A stretch of 64,000 bases of DNA, taken from assembly GCF_006345805.1 (NCBI RefSeq), contig NC_043000.1, forward strand, positions 161,076,001-161,140,000. Direction: 5' to 3'. This DNA is from Octopus sinensis (lineage: Eukaryota). How positions within the stretch are numbered: the first letter of the stretch is position 1; each line of letters begins with the position of its first letter. Shown in pieces: positions 15,068 to 26,890 of this stretch. The notes beneath the pieces are model-generated. The model was not told the origin of the DNA, did no database searches, and was given only the letters and a program-made list of their open reading frames with translations. A program made the translations under genes and the position numbers.

Positions 15068-15253
15068 AGGTGCAGGAGTGGGTGTGTGGTAAGTAGCTTG
15101 CCTACCAACCACATGGTTCCGGGTTCAGTCCCACTGCTTGGCATCTTGGGTAAGTGTCTTCAACTATAGCCTCGGGCCGACCAAAGCCTTATGAGTGCAT
15201 TTGGTAGACGCTGATTGAAAGAAGCCTGTAGTATATATGTATTTGTATATATA

Positions 15254-15303
<50 letters not shown>

Positions 15304-15487
15304 TTGTGTGTCTGCGTTTGTCCCCCCCCCAATATCGCTTGACAACCGATGCTTACGTCCCCGTAACTTAGCGGTTCGGCAAAAATACCGATAAAATAAG
15401 TACTAGGCTTACAAAGAATAGCTTCTGGGGTCGATTTGGTCAACTAAAGCGGTGCTCCAGCATGGCTGCAGCAAATGACTGAAACAA
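15068..15487 (+). mobile_element. tRNA-derived SINE, major family (SINE-A)
   Basis: Head GCAGGAGTGG-TGTGTGGTAAG...GGTTCAGTCCC (A/B boxes), internal (TA)(TG) tract, tail GCGGTGCTCCAGCATGGC...GACTGAAAC. Confidence 0.9.
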
Positions 15488-15504
15488 TTTTTAAAAAATA
15501 TTCG

Positions 15505-16607
15505 TAAGAAGGTTGAAGAAAGACAGAAAAAAAAGTTGGCTATGGATGACTAAAAGTGAATTAAAACCAGAAACGGAGCATCTAATCTGTACTGCCCAAG
15601 ACCAAGCACTAAGAACGAATTACATCAAATTCAGAATAGACAGCATATCAGAAAGCGATAATTGCAGAATTTGTGGACAAAATGGTGAAACTGTATGGCA
15701 TATTACCAGTCAATATACGCCACTAGCCCAGAAACAATATAAGAGACATCATGACAATATAGCAAGGATTGTCCATTGGACACGATCAAAGAGTATGGCT
15801 TTGACAGAGCAAAAAAGTGGTACGAAGATAAACCCGAAGGAATCATCGAGATGGAAAATGCGAAGATCCTATGGGATTTTGTGATTCAGAGCAACCATGA
15901 CTTAGGGAATAGGAAGCCAGGCATATAATTAATTGAGAAAGAAAGCAAACGATGCTGGATCATAGATAAAGCATGCCCAGCTGACAACAAGGGATGCAAT
16001 AAGAAAGAAAAGAAAAGTCGATAGGCGCAGGAGTGGCTGTGTGGTAAGTAGCTTGCTTACGAACTACATGGTTCCAGGTTCAGTCCCACTGCGTGGCACC
16101 TTGGATAACTGTCTTCTACTATAGCCTCGGACCGACCAAAGCCTTGTGAGTGGATTTGGTAGACGGAAACTGAAAAGAAGCCTGTCGTATATATGTATGT
16201 GCATGTTTGCGTGTCTGTGTTTGACCCCCCAACATCGCTTGACAACTGATGCTGGTGTGTTTACGTCCCCGTAACTTAGTGGTTCGGCAAAAAAGAGGCC
16301 GATAAAATTAGTACTAGGCTTACAAAGAATAAGTACTGGGGTCGATTTGATCGACTAAAGGCGGTGCTCCAGCATGGCCACAGTCACATGACTGAAACGA
16401 GTAAAAGAGTAAAGAGTAAAGAGAGAGATATGACAGGTTAATAAATACGGGCTGCAATAAGGGTGGAGCACTTGCAGAAAACAGCACTGCTTGGAACCGC
16501 TCGAACACTCCGGATTGTTCTCGAAAAATAAGGCATGTTTTCTTAGTTCACTGGCAGTGAACAGCTGGCACCGTAGTACATCTCCAGCGATAGAAGCTGT
16601 GCAAATG
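15505..16607 (+). mobile_element. 5'-truncated REL-type LINE (Dong/R4-like), family E, split by a SINE-A insertion
   Basis: SWLWMTKSELKPETEHLICTAQDQALRTNY...CRICGQNGETVWHI...KRHHDNIARIVHW; resumes after the SINE as ...HLQKTALLGTARTLRIVLEK*; 3' UTR ends in (AAT)n at 16608. Confidence 0.9.
16023..16425 (+). mobile_element. tRNA-derived SINE-A, full length
   Basis: Complete head, body and tail ending GGCGGTGCTCCAGCATGGCCACAGTCACATGACTGAAACGAGTAAAAGAGTAAAGAG. Confidence 0.92.
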
Positions 16608-17191
<584 letters not shown>

Positions 17192-17195
<4 letters not shown>

Positions 17196-17853
17196 GGCAA
17201 GAAAAACCTAATAATGGCAAATACTCAAAGAGAGCTAATAATGCAGATGCTCACAAAAGCCTTACCCATCAATGGTTAGTGTCTTCTGGCTTAAACCCAG
17301 AGACAAAAGGGTATATCATAGAAGCCCAAGATCAATGCCTACCTACAAGGCGCTACCAGGTCAACACATTAAAAAACGGCAATTATCCAACATGTCGTCT
17401 ATGTCAACATTAAAATGAAACCATCGATCATGTTGCCTCCATGTGTAGTGCTCTTGCGCCTACAGAGTATCTCAACAAGCATGATAGAGCTGCACAATAT
17501 TTACCCGGTAATTTGCAAAAGCCTAGACTTGCCCCATGATAAAAGTCACTCCTCATGAACTTCAGTGTTCAAACTGACAGAAAGATAGATGCGAACAGGC
17601 CAGATATTTTACTGAAGGACTTCACATAAAAGTCATGCCTTCTCATCGATATGACTGTCCCAATCGACATCAATGTGTCCATCAAAACCTACTGAGCAAG
17701 GTAAAAGATCTTGAAAAAGAAACTGGCAAAATGTGGAACCTCAAGACTAAAATAATACCTGTTGTGATAGGTGCAAACGGGGCTGATTCCTACGTAGCAC
17801 AGATACCATGAAATCCCAAAATGGCAGAAAAATAAAAAAAATAGTGCCCGTGG
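17192..17853 (+). mobile_element. 5'-truncated REL-type LINE (Dong/R4-like), family F, with its 3' end replaced by a Penelope element
   Basis: KWQEKPNNGKY...HQWLVSSGLNPETKGYIIEAQDQCLPTRRY...TCRLCQH*NETIDHVASMC (CCHC)...TDRKIDANRPDILLKD..KSCLLIDMTVPID (PD..D REL core)...MWNLKTKIIPVVIGA; starts directly after (AAT)n. Confidence 0.88.
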
Positions 17854-19541
17854 AAATAGCTCTCTTTTATTATTTTTATGGCCTTCCTAAAATCCATAAA
17901 AACAAATACATCACCGAAGCCTGCAAACTCTCCACTGACATCCACATCAACATCAAAGCACCGGAGGACCTAAAACTAAGGCCCATCGTGGCTGGTACCT
18001 CCTGTGAAACACACCGCCTGAGTAACTTCCTAGACATCCTTTTGAAACCTTTCCTCACCCACATCAAAAGTTTCATTAGGGATGATCTGGACATGCTCAG
18101 ACACCTCCCGAAAACAGTTAACGAGGAGGCACTCCTGGTATCCTTTGATGTCATCAACCTCTACACCAACATTCCACATGAGTATGGTATAGAGGCAATT
18201 GACTTCTGGCTAGAAAAACACCCAGAGACATTCCCTGACCGCATTAACAAGTCTTTTATTACAGAATCTCTTAAGTTCATTCTGACAAACAATTTTCTTC
18301 TCTTCGACGACACACACTACCGTAAAAAATGTGGCATTGCGATGGGTACCAAGGCTGCACCAGTCCTTGCGAACCTCATAATGGGTTACTTCGAACTGTC
18401 ACTCTATGAAATATCAAGCCAGAAATTTGGACATGTTTTCCACACCTACCTAATGGAAAACTGGAAAAGGTATTTAGATGATTGTTTCATCATATGGAAA
18501 GAACCTTATGAAAAACTCCTGGAATTCAAAACCATACTAAACAACATACATCCCAACATCCAATTCACTATGGAATTAAGCAAACATCATCTCCCATTCC
18601 TTGATCTCCTAATTATAAAAACACCTAAGAACCAAATCATAACAGACATCTACCACAAACCTACAGACTCACAACAATACCTCCTCTTTAGTTCATGCCA
18701 CCCAAAACACACCAAGACAAATATCCCTTTCAATTTAGCTAAAAGGGTATGCACCATTGTTTCGGATCCAAAAACACGAGAAATACGCCTTCAAGACCTC
18801 AAAAAAACACTATTACAACGTCAATATCCCTCCACCCTTATAGAGTATGGAATAAAACGCGCCAAAGAACTAGACAACACTACACTGAAAACCACCCAAC
18901 CTAACACCACACACAACCTCAAAATACTTCCATACATTTCCACCCACAACCCCAAAAATATCGAAGCATACACCACAATCATACAAAACCTCAGTCTACT
19001 GTCAACAGACCCAAAAATGAAAAGCATTATAAATACACACAAAATCCTCAAATGCAAAAGGCAACACAAATCTTTAAAAAAACTCTTGACAAATGCCAAA
19101 CTTCACACACCACATCCACCCCCAACAGTAAAAAAATGTGCACGCTCAAACTGTGGTACCTGCCCCTTTCTACTTGAAGGCTCTGAATTTACCTTCAAAC
19201 AAGGTACGACGTTTAAAATCAAGACTAACTTCTCCTGTTCCTCCGAGAACCTTATCTACGTTCTCACATGCGCTGGTTGCCAACATAATTATGATGGACA
19301 AACGAGTCTCCCGTTACGTAAACGAGTAACGGTGCATAAAGAACAAATAAATCTCCCGGAATACCGACAAATTCCACTGAGTGACCACTTAGACTCATGT
19401 GCTAAAGACTTAAACCCCAAATTCTATATATTCCCCTTCTACCAATGTAAAGACGGGATCACCACACAGGAGAGAATTAACAAGGAGAATCTCTTTATTG
19501 AAAAATTCCAAACACAACTTAATATGCAAACTCCTCGTTGA
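17808..19541 (+). CDS. Penelope-type reverse transcriptase + GIY-YIG endonuclease (577 aa; first ~20 aa come from the flanking REL-LINE)
   Basis: FYGLPKIHK, LRPIVAG, LVSFDVINLYTNIP, GIAMGTKAAPVLANLIMG, WKRYLDDCF, LPFLDLLI, DIYHKPTDSQQYL; linker KKCARSNCGTC; NLIYVLTCAGC..YDGQT..LRKRVTVH. Confidence 0.93.
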   Translation: MKSQNGRKIKKIVPVEIALFYYFYGLPKIHKNKYITEACKLSTDIHINIKAPEDLKLRPIVAGTSCETHRLSNFLDILLKPFLTHIKSFIRDDLDMLRHLPKTVNEEALLVSFDVINLYTNIPHEYGIEAIDFWLEKHPETFPDRINKSFITESLKFILTNNFLLFDDTHYRKKCGIAMGTKAAPVLANLIMGYFELSLYEISSQKFGHVFHTYLMENWKRYLDDCFIIWKEPYEKLLEFKTILNNIHPNIQFTMELSKHHLPFLDLLIIKTPKNQIITDIYHKPTDSQQYLLFSSCHPKHTKTNIPFNLAKRVCTIVSDPKTREIRLQDLKKTLLQRQYPSTLIEYGIKRAKELDNTTLKTTQPNTTHNLKILPYISTHNPKNIEAYTTIIQNLSLLSTDPKMKSIINTHKILKCKRQHKSLKKLLTNAKLHTPHPPPTVKKCARSNCGTCPFLLEGSEFTFKQGTTFKIKTNFSCSSENLIYVLTCAGCQHNYDGQTSLPLRKRVTVHKEQINLPEYRQIPLSDHLDSCAKDLNPKFYIFPFYQCKDGITTQERINKENLFIEKFQTQLNMQTPR

Positions 19542-20351
19542 TCAAACTTCCTTTCTCTACCTCACTTTTCATGGATGGACTAACACAAATATATAAAGAT
19601 ACCATGCATTCATCACTTCAAGCTAAAACTTATATTCTTTAAATATCATTTTTACTATTGTTGTTATTACTATCATTTTTATTATAAATGATATGACAAT
19701 TTGAAATGCAATTGTCTATGCAGATTTATATTATTAGAAAATAATGTAAATAAAGTGTTAAAATCTGAAAGTTAAGTTAACAAGCAACTATATAAAAAAG
19801 ATAATGCAAATGAAGCTAAAATGATAGTTTTATAATTTGGGTTTTATTGAAGAACTCAAAAGAGTTGTCTCCCCTTACTCACAACACAGGAACTGAAGAA
19901 CCAGGACCACAATTACTACTACTTCCTGTCCTGCAAACATGCTGAATTTAACAACACAACACAACACATGCTCTTAATCCCTTTGGATCTTAACACCTCA
20001 AGGTAATTTTTTCGTAAACAACCATAAAACGCAAGATACACAACGAACTCACAATGTATCGGAGAACTTATTTTTAATTTTTGTAATTTTTATCATTATT
20101 CTTTTACAAAAAACAATGCAATTTTCTTTTTTTCCCCTTTCTAATTTTTAAAAAAACTTCTTAAAACATAAATATTCTTGACAAGTCATACAATGACGAA
20201 AACCGGTTGAATAAATATACATTTATATATTTTATCATTTTCTCATTTTATTAAAATTTTCTTTCATTTGAGCATTCTGCATTTTTAAAAAAAATTTTTC
20301 CTTACTTATCATTTCTCCACGTGCGGTCAACACAACCCCACCATTTATTGA

Positions 20352-20352
<1 letters not shown>
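17870..20352 (+). mobile_element. Penelope-like retroelement (PLE), 5'-truncated, young; C-terminal GIY-YIG with a Cys-rich linker (Neptune-like architecture)
   Basis: Uninterrupted RT + endonuclease ORF, long AT-rich 3' UTR containing a hammerhead motif, ends at (TA)n. Confidence 0.9.
20173..20213 (+). ncRNA. Minimal type I hammerhead ribozyme motif with U3:A8 core variant
   Basis: TATTC-TTGACAA-GTCA(TACAA)TGAC-GAAA-ACCGG-TT-GAATA: 5-bp stem I, 4-bp stem II, palindromic AACCGGTT stem III, GUU triplet, overlapping AATAAA downstream. Confidence 0.65.
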
Positions 20353-20447
<95 letters not shown>

Positions 20448-20591
20448 TGTACATTATTTTATAATTATAAACATAATTATAATCAGAGTTCAGCTAAGGG
20501 CCTCGCTAAGTGCTGAATTACAAATAGACGCTAATGTTTTTTCAATTTTTATTCTGAAAAAATTATACCGTATATTAGTAGTTTATATATA

Positions 20592-20634
<43 letters not shown>

Positions 20635-20635
20635 T

Positions 20636-21655
20636 CATAAATGAGGGTGAAAAATTAGATATTAATTTAATAATACCATCAATTTAACACCAAGGGGCTT
20701 AGCACATATAAAACCAGGGAGACAATACAAATTTATACATAAATATAAGAGGGTTACCGTTAAGTGGTTAACTCTAGTGCTAAAAATAGCTCCTTATTCT
20801 GGTATAGCCACCGAAGTTGTTTCCACACATTTTTCATCCTCATTTATGAAATTATAAATTTATTGATACTGCAGTAAATATTATATGCAGTGTTCGTTTC
20901 CACTAAGTCTTACCATGCTTTTGCGGGGAACCTGAATCACAACTATGTATGCAATCGATTGGACCGCATGGGTATTTGACGCTCGTGAGCGTCTAATAAA
21001 TTGTATCGAAGACAAATGCTGCTGATGATTTATAGAGAAATATGTGTGTATAATTGCATATTATATTGATAAAGAAACAATTGTTCAGCATTAATCTATC
21101 TTTTCGTTGTATTTCACTTTCCTTACGTTGAAGGTAATGTTATTACTTTGTGGAAACAGAAATAAGGAGCTATTTTTAGCACTAGAGTTCACCACTTAAC
21201 GGTAACTCCCTTATATTTATGTATAAATTTGTATTGTCTCCCTGGTTTTTATGTGCTAAGCCACTTGGTGTTAAATTGATGGTATTATTAAATTAATATC
21301 TAATTTTTCACCCTCATTTATGAATTTATAAATTTAATTCTACTGCAGTAAATATTATATGCAGTATTCGTTTCCATTAAGTCTTACCATGCTTTTGGCG
21401 GGGAACCTGAATCACAACTATGTATGCAATCGATTGGACCGCATGGGTATTTGACGCTCGTGAGGGTCTAATAAGTTGTATCAATATTATATTGATAAAG
21501 AAACAATTGTTCAGCATTAATCAATCTTTTCGTTGTATTTCACTTTCCTTACGTTGAAGGTAACGTTATTTCTTTGTGGAAACAACTTCGGTGGCTATAC
21601 CAGAATAAGGAGCTATTTTTAGCACTAACGGTAACTCTCTTATATTTATATATAT
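20636..21655. repeat. Penelope pseudo-LTR-like array: one inverted partial copy plus two tandem direct copies (period about 474 bp)
   Basis: 20636-20828 is the reverse complement of about 21145-21325; CTGCAGTAAATATTATATGCAG recurs at 20869 and 21343; decayed CTGATGA..GAAA motif at 21022-21045. Confidence 0.75.
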
Positions 21656-21838
21656 ATATATGAACTTAGATAAACTTAGATATGTTTCGACCAAAGATTG
21701 GTCCAGGCCATGTCTGACTTAATAGCACCACCTGATAGGATTCTTCGAATCCTGTTTAAGTCAAGTTTTGTTTATGGTCCATTCAAGTAGTGAGTTCTTG
21801 GGTGAGTTGTATCCAATTATGGGTGGCTTATCTGGTAT

Positions 21839-23548
21839 TCATTGAAGGAATCTATCTAGACTCCGTTTAAAGTTGATGGGATCCTTTTCCTCTTTGATCT
21901 CTTTCAGGACAATGTTAAATAGGGCAGGGCCTGTTGAGGAAAAGAAATTGTGTTGCAGTGTACATGTATGCTGTGATCTTGAATTGGGCGGGGGACGTAT
22001 GGCCCGTGGTCCCAGTCTTGGATGAACCTTGAAGCTAATGTTCAGGTCGTTTGGGCAAAGTTGGCGGTATATTCTCCACATCGTACAAATGATGTACCGC
22101 TCACGGCGACGCTGGAGAGAGTAGAGTTTCAAGGCTTTAAGGCGATCCCAATAATCGAGAGCAGCCATGCCTTCAATTCGTTTAGTGAGTGCCCTCTGGG
22201 GTGACTCAATCCTCGAGATGTTTTGTCTTGTATGAGGAGACCACAGTGGGCAGCAGTATTCGAGGTGTGGCCGTACAAATGAGGAGAAAAGTGGTATGAT
22301 GACACCTTGTTCTCTGGACCGGACAGTTCTTAAGATCCAGGAACTCATCCTACGAGCTATATCGACCTTCTTGTTGATGTGTGCACTTCAACTGAGATCG
22401 TCATCAACAATTACACCCAGATCTCTGATATTGTTAGAGGCTGTGAGCGGTTCCCCTGAAGGAAGAGAGTATGGCTGTGTTAGTGAGGAATTTCTTCCAA
22501 AATGCATCAGTTCAAATGTTCCCTCGTTCAGTTGCATTTTGTTTCTGTCTGCCCATTGACTCACAGCATATAGATCAGACTGGAGTTGAGTTCAGTCTGC
22601 TTCTTCATTGACGATTTGCTAGAGCTTAGTGTCATCAGCAAATATTTTCACTTTGCAGTAATGTATGACACTGGAAATGTCGTTTATGTAAATTATGAAG
22701 AGTAGCGGACCCAAGACTGTCCCCTGTGGGACACCGCTGGTGACTTTTGCTGGGCTTGAGTGGACTCCATCAACTACAACATGTGTTCTATTCGCCAGGA
22801 AATACTTAATCCAGTGTAGAACTTTTCCACGGATTCCAACATTTGTCAATTTTGAGAGTAGGATATTACGGTCTACCCTGTTGAACGCTTTACTGAAGTC
22901 AAGATATATGACGTCAGAGTTCGAACCTGTTCCCAAGTCTTTGAGTACATCTTCAATGTGGTGTAAGAGCTGTGTTAGACAGTCCCTGCCACAGCGAAAG
23001 CCATGCTGATTTGCATTTACGAGTTTGTGGGTCTCCAGGAAGTCAGCTATCCTTGATCTTAACACTCTTTCAAACACTTTAATGATGTGGGAGGTGAGTG
23101 AGATTGGGCGATAGTTGACTGCGAGGGATCTGCTTCCCTGTTTGAAAACGGGGATGACTGACTGGGATAGAAACTGTTTCGGTATATAACCTGCGTCTAA
23201 CGAATCTCTCCAGAGGTTGGTCAGAGGAACTGCAAGCTGGTGTTTACATTTCTTCAGGAGACTAGCGGTGAATCTATCAGGGCCTACAGCAGAGTAGTAT
23301 TTGAACTCATTTATTGCTGCTACGATGTCAGTGGCAGTGATGGTTATGTCTGAGAATTTATGTTAGGAGTCAACTTCGTTCGCTTCTCTTACGTCAATAT
23401 CAGTGGGAACACTAAAGACAGAGCAGTATTGTTTCTGCAGTATTTCTCCCATTTCTTTAGCATCGTGTTGGGGAATGCCGTTATCATCAATCAATGGCCC
23501 AGTGGGTGGGACAGTGGTTCTATGCTTATTTGCATAAGAATAGAACAC
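21839..23548 (-). pseudogene. LINE ORF2 reverse transcriptase and C-terminus (frameshifted)
   Basis: QHGFRCGRDCLTQLL, YLDFSKAF, SGVPQGTVLGPLLFIIYIND, IFADDTKL, VRPHLEYCCPLWSP, LQRRRERY. Confidence 0.92.
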
Positions 23549-23699
23549 TTTTGGGTTCTGTTTGATGTTTTTGATTACCCACTGTTCTCCACAGCGCTTT
23601 GATTTTCAATGGAGGTTTTCATGTCGGTCTGCAGATGAAGTTTTTCCAGCTCTAGCCTTTCCATTGTTGTTGAATGTGGATGTTGTGTGTGGGAATATT

Positions 23700-24761
23700 T
23701 TAATTGGTTGATTTTTTTGTTGAGTCTTTTGATGCGCCTGATGAGTGTTTTTTCTTCTTTTTAGGGAGCCAGTTTCTGTTTGTGTTAGTAGATTTCGTGG
23801 GAGCGTGTTTAGAGCATGTATAGGTGACAATGTTTTCAAAGTGCTGCCATACGGTCTCAATATGGGTGGAATTGAGAGTAAAAGACCAGTCGATGAAAGA
23901 CAGATCCTTTCTGATAGCTCCACAGTCCGCTTTGTGGAAGTTTATGTTGTCAAATGGGTGCCATGGAGTGGGATTGGCTGGTTTGGTTTTTATATGTCGG
24001 GAATTGAAATTGCAGAGTACCATGTCGTGGTCTGAGAAGAGAGTTTTTTCAACTGAAATACTGTGAACGAAGCTAGAGTGATTGGTCAATACCAGATCCA
24101 AGATCGTTTTATTCTGTCTTGCTGGTTTGAGCACTAGCTGAGTCAGGAAGTATTCATCCATTAGATTAAAGAGCAGTTCTACTGCTGCTCTATCTGATGT
24201 AGAGCATTTGCCTAACTTCAGAGTATTTGTGGGCCAGTTCACATGGGGAAGGTTAAAATCACCCATCACTAGTATGTTTCCGGAGTGGTACTTCCGAAGG
24301 AAGGACTTGACTTTGCTAAGGCACTCTTCAAAGCACTTTAGAGGTGCTTGGGGAGGCCTGTAAAGACCAACAATGATTATGACCTTGGCCTTGCTGAATA
24401 GTGATACCGATTCACAGTAGCCATTCGAAAATATGTCCTTGACATCAAGTGAAAAGGAGTCATGGATAAAGATGGCTGTCCCTCCCTTATTTCGGTCTGT
24501 GCGATCCGCACGAACAATCGTGAAATCTTTTATTTCCACCTCGGCGTCCATATGGTAGTTGTTCAGGTGAGTCTCGGTAAGGATAAAGAAAGGGAAGCAA
24601 TGTGCCGTTTCGGCAAGCCAACTCTCTATATATGGGATCTTCCATTTTTGGGCAATAATTGATGGGTTGATGCCACGTACATTTAACAGGAATGTCGAGG
24701 TAGAGGAAGTTTGGTGTTTGCATTGTTCTAAGTTATGTTTTATGTTGTTCAGTGGTAACAA
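23700..24761 (-). pseudogene. LINE ORF2 apurinic-like endonuclease (APE) domain
   Basis: LLNVRGI, LTETHL, DRTDRNKGGTAIF, GLYRPP, VMGDFNLP, ILDLVLTN, SDHDMV; frameshifted from the downstream RT. Confidence 0.92.
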
Positions 24762-24978
24762 TGTGGGTAGTTCTTATATGGAGCTGTGTGTGTATGATTT
24801 TCTTGTTGGTAGTGGGTGTGTGGTCCTTGTGATTTGCATAGGTGGTTGCTGATAGCTCGTTGGTTCTCCTGGCTTAGGTCGGCCTTCATATTTTCTTGGT
24901 AAGTCAGTAAAAAAGAGTTACCTCTTTGGTTTGCCATTTGGTCAGAGGATACATATTTCATGTTGGTGTTATTTGGTG

Positions 24979-25737
24979 TTATGGTTTTTTTTCATGGTTC
25001 TGTCTACGTTGTTTGATTGTAGGAGGGGAAACGTGGTTGTATTTTGTTCTTGTTGTTGTCCTAGATTTCCTCTGTTGCTGTTTATGTTTATTTCGTGATC
25101 GTTTTGTGCCCTTCAGATGGTGGTGGTTGCATTCTGGGTTCAGGCACATCTTTTGTGACACAGAAGTTTGGCACAATTTAGGATGGAATAAGGTGCATCC
25201 GTTGCCTTTTGTGCATCCATATTTGGGATCAGGACCATGGACTCTGTATTTAGGACAGTATTTGGGGTGGAGGTGAGGACAGTTTTTTCCCGTTATACCA
25301 TATGGACAGGTGCCCTTAACAAGTCTACGACATAAGGTAGGATGTGAAAAAGCACAGCGTCCATTGTTGGTGTCGCTGGGGCCAAATCTACAGCTGCCTT
25401 GAGAATAGTAACGGCAGGGTGTTTTATGTTGGTGTAGTAGTGGTTTTTCTATACTGGCTGTAGTAGCAGTAAGCAGAGTGTTGTTGTTGTTGTTGTTGTT
25501 TTTGATGTAGCAGCAGTGAAACTTGACTTGAAATCGGGTCGTCAGTTACTGGTTCCAATGTAGTGGCAGAAACAGGCTGTTTTTTTGTGATAGTGGGTTC
25601 TCGCTTGCCAGAATGGGCGGAATTAGGCCAGATGTTTGTTGCTGGCTATCGGGTCGTTGAAGTGACCCCTGACCTGTTGAAGTTGGGTCATTTGGTGCAC
25701 TGCATTCATTGGCAAGAATGGCTTCTAGTGTTGCCAT
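24979..25737 (-). pseudogene. LINE ORF1 with four tandem CCCH zinc fingers (one in-frame stop at 25546-25548)
   Basis: Manual translation: CRYYSQGSCRFGPSDTNNGRCAFSH-PTL-CRRLVKGTCPYGITGKNCPHLH-PKY-CPKYRVHGPDPKYGCTKGNGCTLFH-PKL-CQTSVSQKMCLNPECNHHH, followed by a basic tail. Confidence 0.85.
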
Positions 25738-26361
25738 GTGCGCGTGGAAAATAGGAAATATTCTTTAAATCTCTTTTATTTTATTTTCGATCTGTTTTAC
25801 AGATCTGTGAAAGGATTGTTTCGCCTAGTTCTCAGCTATTTTACTGTAAACATTAGCTTCGTTGTGGTGAATGAACCAAGCGTTTATCATTGTAGTAATT
25901 TCATTTTCAACCCAGTGGCGTTTTTGAATATTATTGGCCATATTCAGTGGGACAGTACGCCAGTTATTGATGGCTTGATGTAAAATAGTGAATACACCGT
26001 CGAAAAGTTTGTGTCGATATATTCGGAAAGGCGTGGCTTGTGTGCGGGAGAGTTCAATGTATTTAGTACAATCAGGATGAGCGGTGTGTTTAATACAGAT
26101 CAAGAAAAAGAATTGTACTCACGGGACTAGTTTTAGAACTAGTCTTGGGTTTAGTTTTGGTTTATATGTCTTTCTCCAGGTTGTATATAGATTTGTATAA
26201 ATTTATCCTCCGGTGGTAGTAACAGAGTAGAATAGTAGAATTGTAGAATTCAAAAGTTCTTGGACTAAAAACAAGGAGAGTTTCTGCTGGCTTGAGTTGA
26301 AATATGCTTCTTTGGCTACTGACCGGAGCTATGAAAAGTCCGTCTTGTCACGACGAATGCC

Positions 26362-26412
<51 letters not shown>

Positions 26413-26520
26413 TAATATAAGATAAAATTTATATACTACTAATATAGGGTATAATTTTTTTTACAGAAAAAAACTTCATTAGAAGTTGCAGCATACTAAA
26501 ATACCTTTAAAAGTTAAAAT

Positions 26521-26761
26521 TATAAACACCTTATAAACAAGGGCAAAAAAAAATTGTTTGTATGCCAATACGCTGAAAACAGACTTTAAATCGTCAATTT
26601 CCACATATCATTATACATTCTCTATAAATACAAGTTGTGCTGAAATCGTGTATTTATAGTGAATGTATAATGAAATGTGGAAATTGACGATTTAAAGTCT
26701 GTTCTGAGCATATTGGTATAGAAATAATTTTTCTTTTGCCCTTGTCTATAAGTTGTTTATA
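26521..26761. repeat. Palindromic (foldback/MITE-like) element, about 112-bp arms, about 16-nt loop
   Basis: 26521-26632 is the imperfect reverse complement of 26649-26761 (e.g. AGACTTTAAATCGTCAATTTCCACAT / ATGTGGAAATTGACGATTTAAAGTCT). Confidence 0.88.
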
Positions 26762-26820
26762 TACATACATACACCCCCCTATATATATATATTTATATAT
26801 ATATATATTATATATATATT

Positions 26821-26890
<70 letters not shown>

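Larger units (their letters stand above)
21660..26360 (-). mobile_element. Near full-length CR1/L2-group LINE (5' UTR, CCCH ORF1, APE-RT ORF2, 3' stem-loop and short terminal repeat), inactivated
   Basis: ORF pieces in order on the - strand: ORF1 25737-24979, APE 24761-23700, RT 23077-22619, C-terminus 22348-21839; 3' end (TATCTAAGTT)x2. Confidence 0.92.

Noticed and set aside
21684-21716. Hairpin plus GAAAC at the LINE 3' end as a hammerhead ribozyme
   Set aside because: No CUGANGA (or U3:A8) core and no stem I; kept only as a LINE 3' recognition motif
22022-26103. Plus-strand ORFs opposite the LINE (also minus-strand ORFs at 17876-19099 and 38633-40326)
   Set aside because: Antisense shadows of the retroelement coding frames
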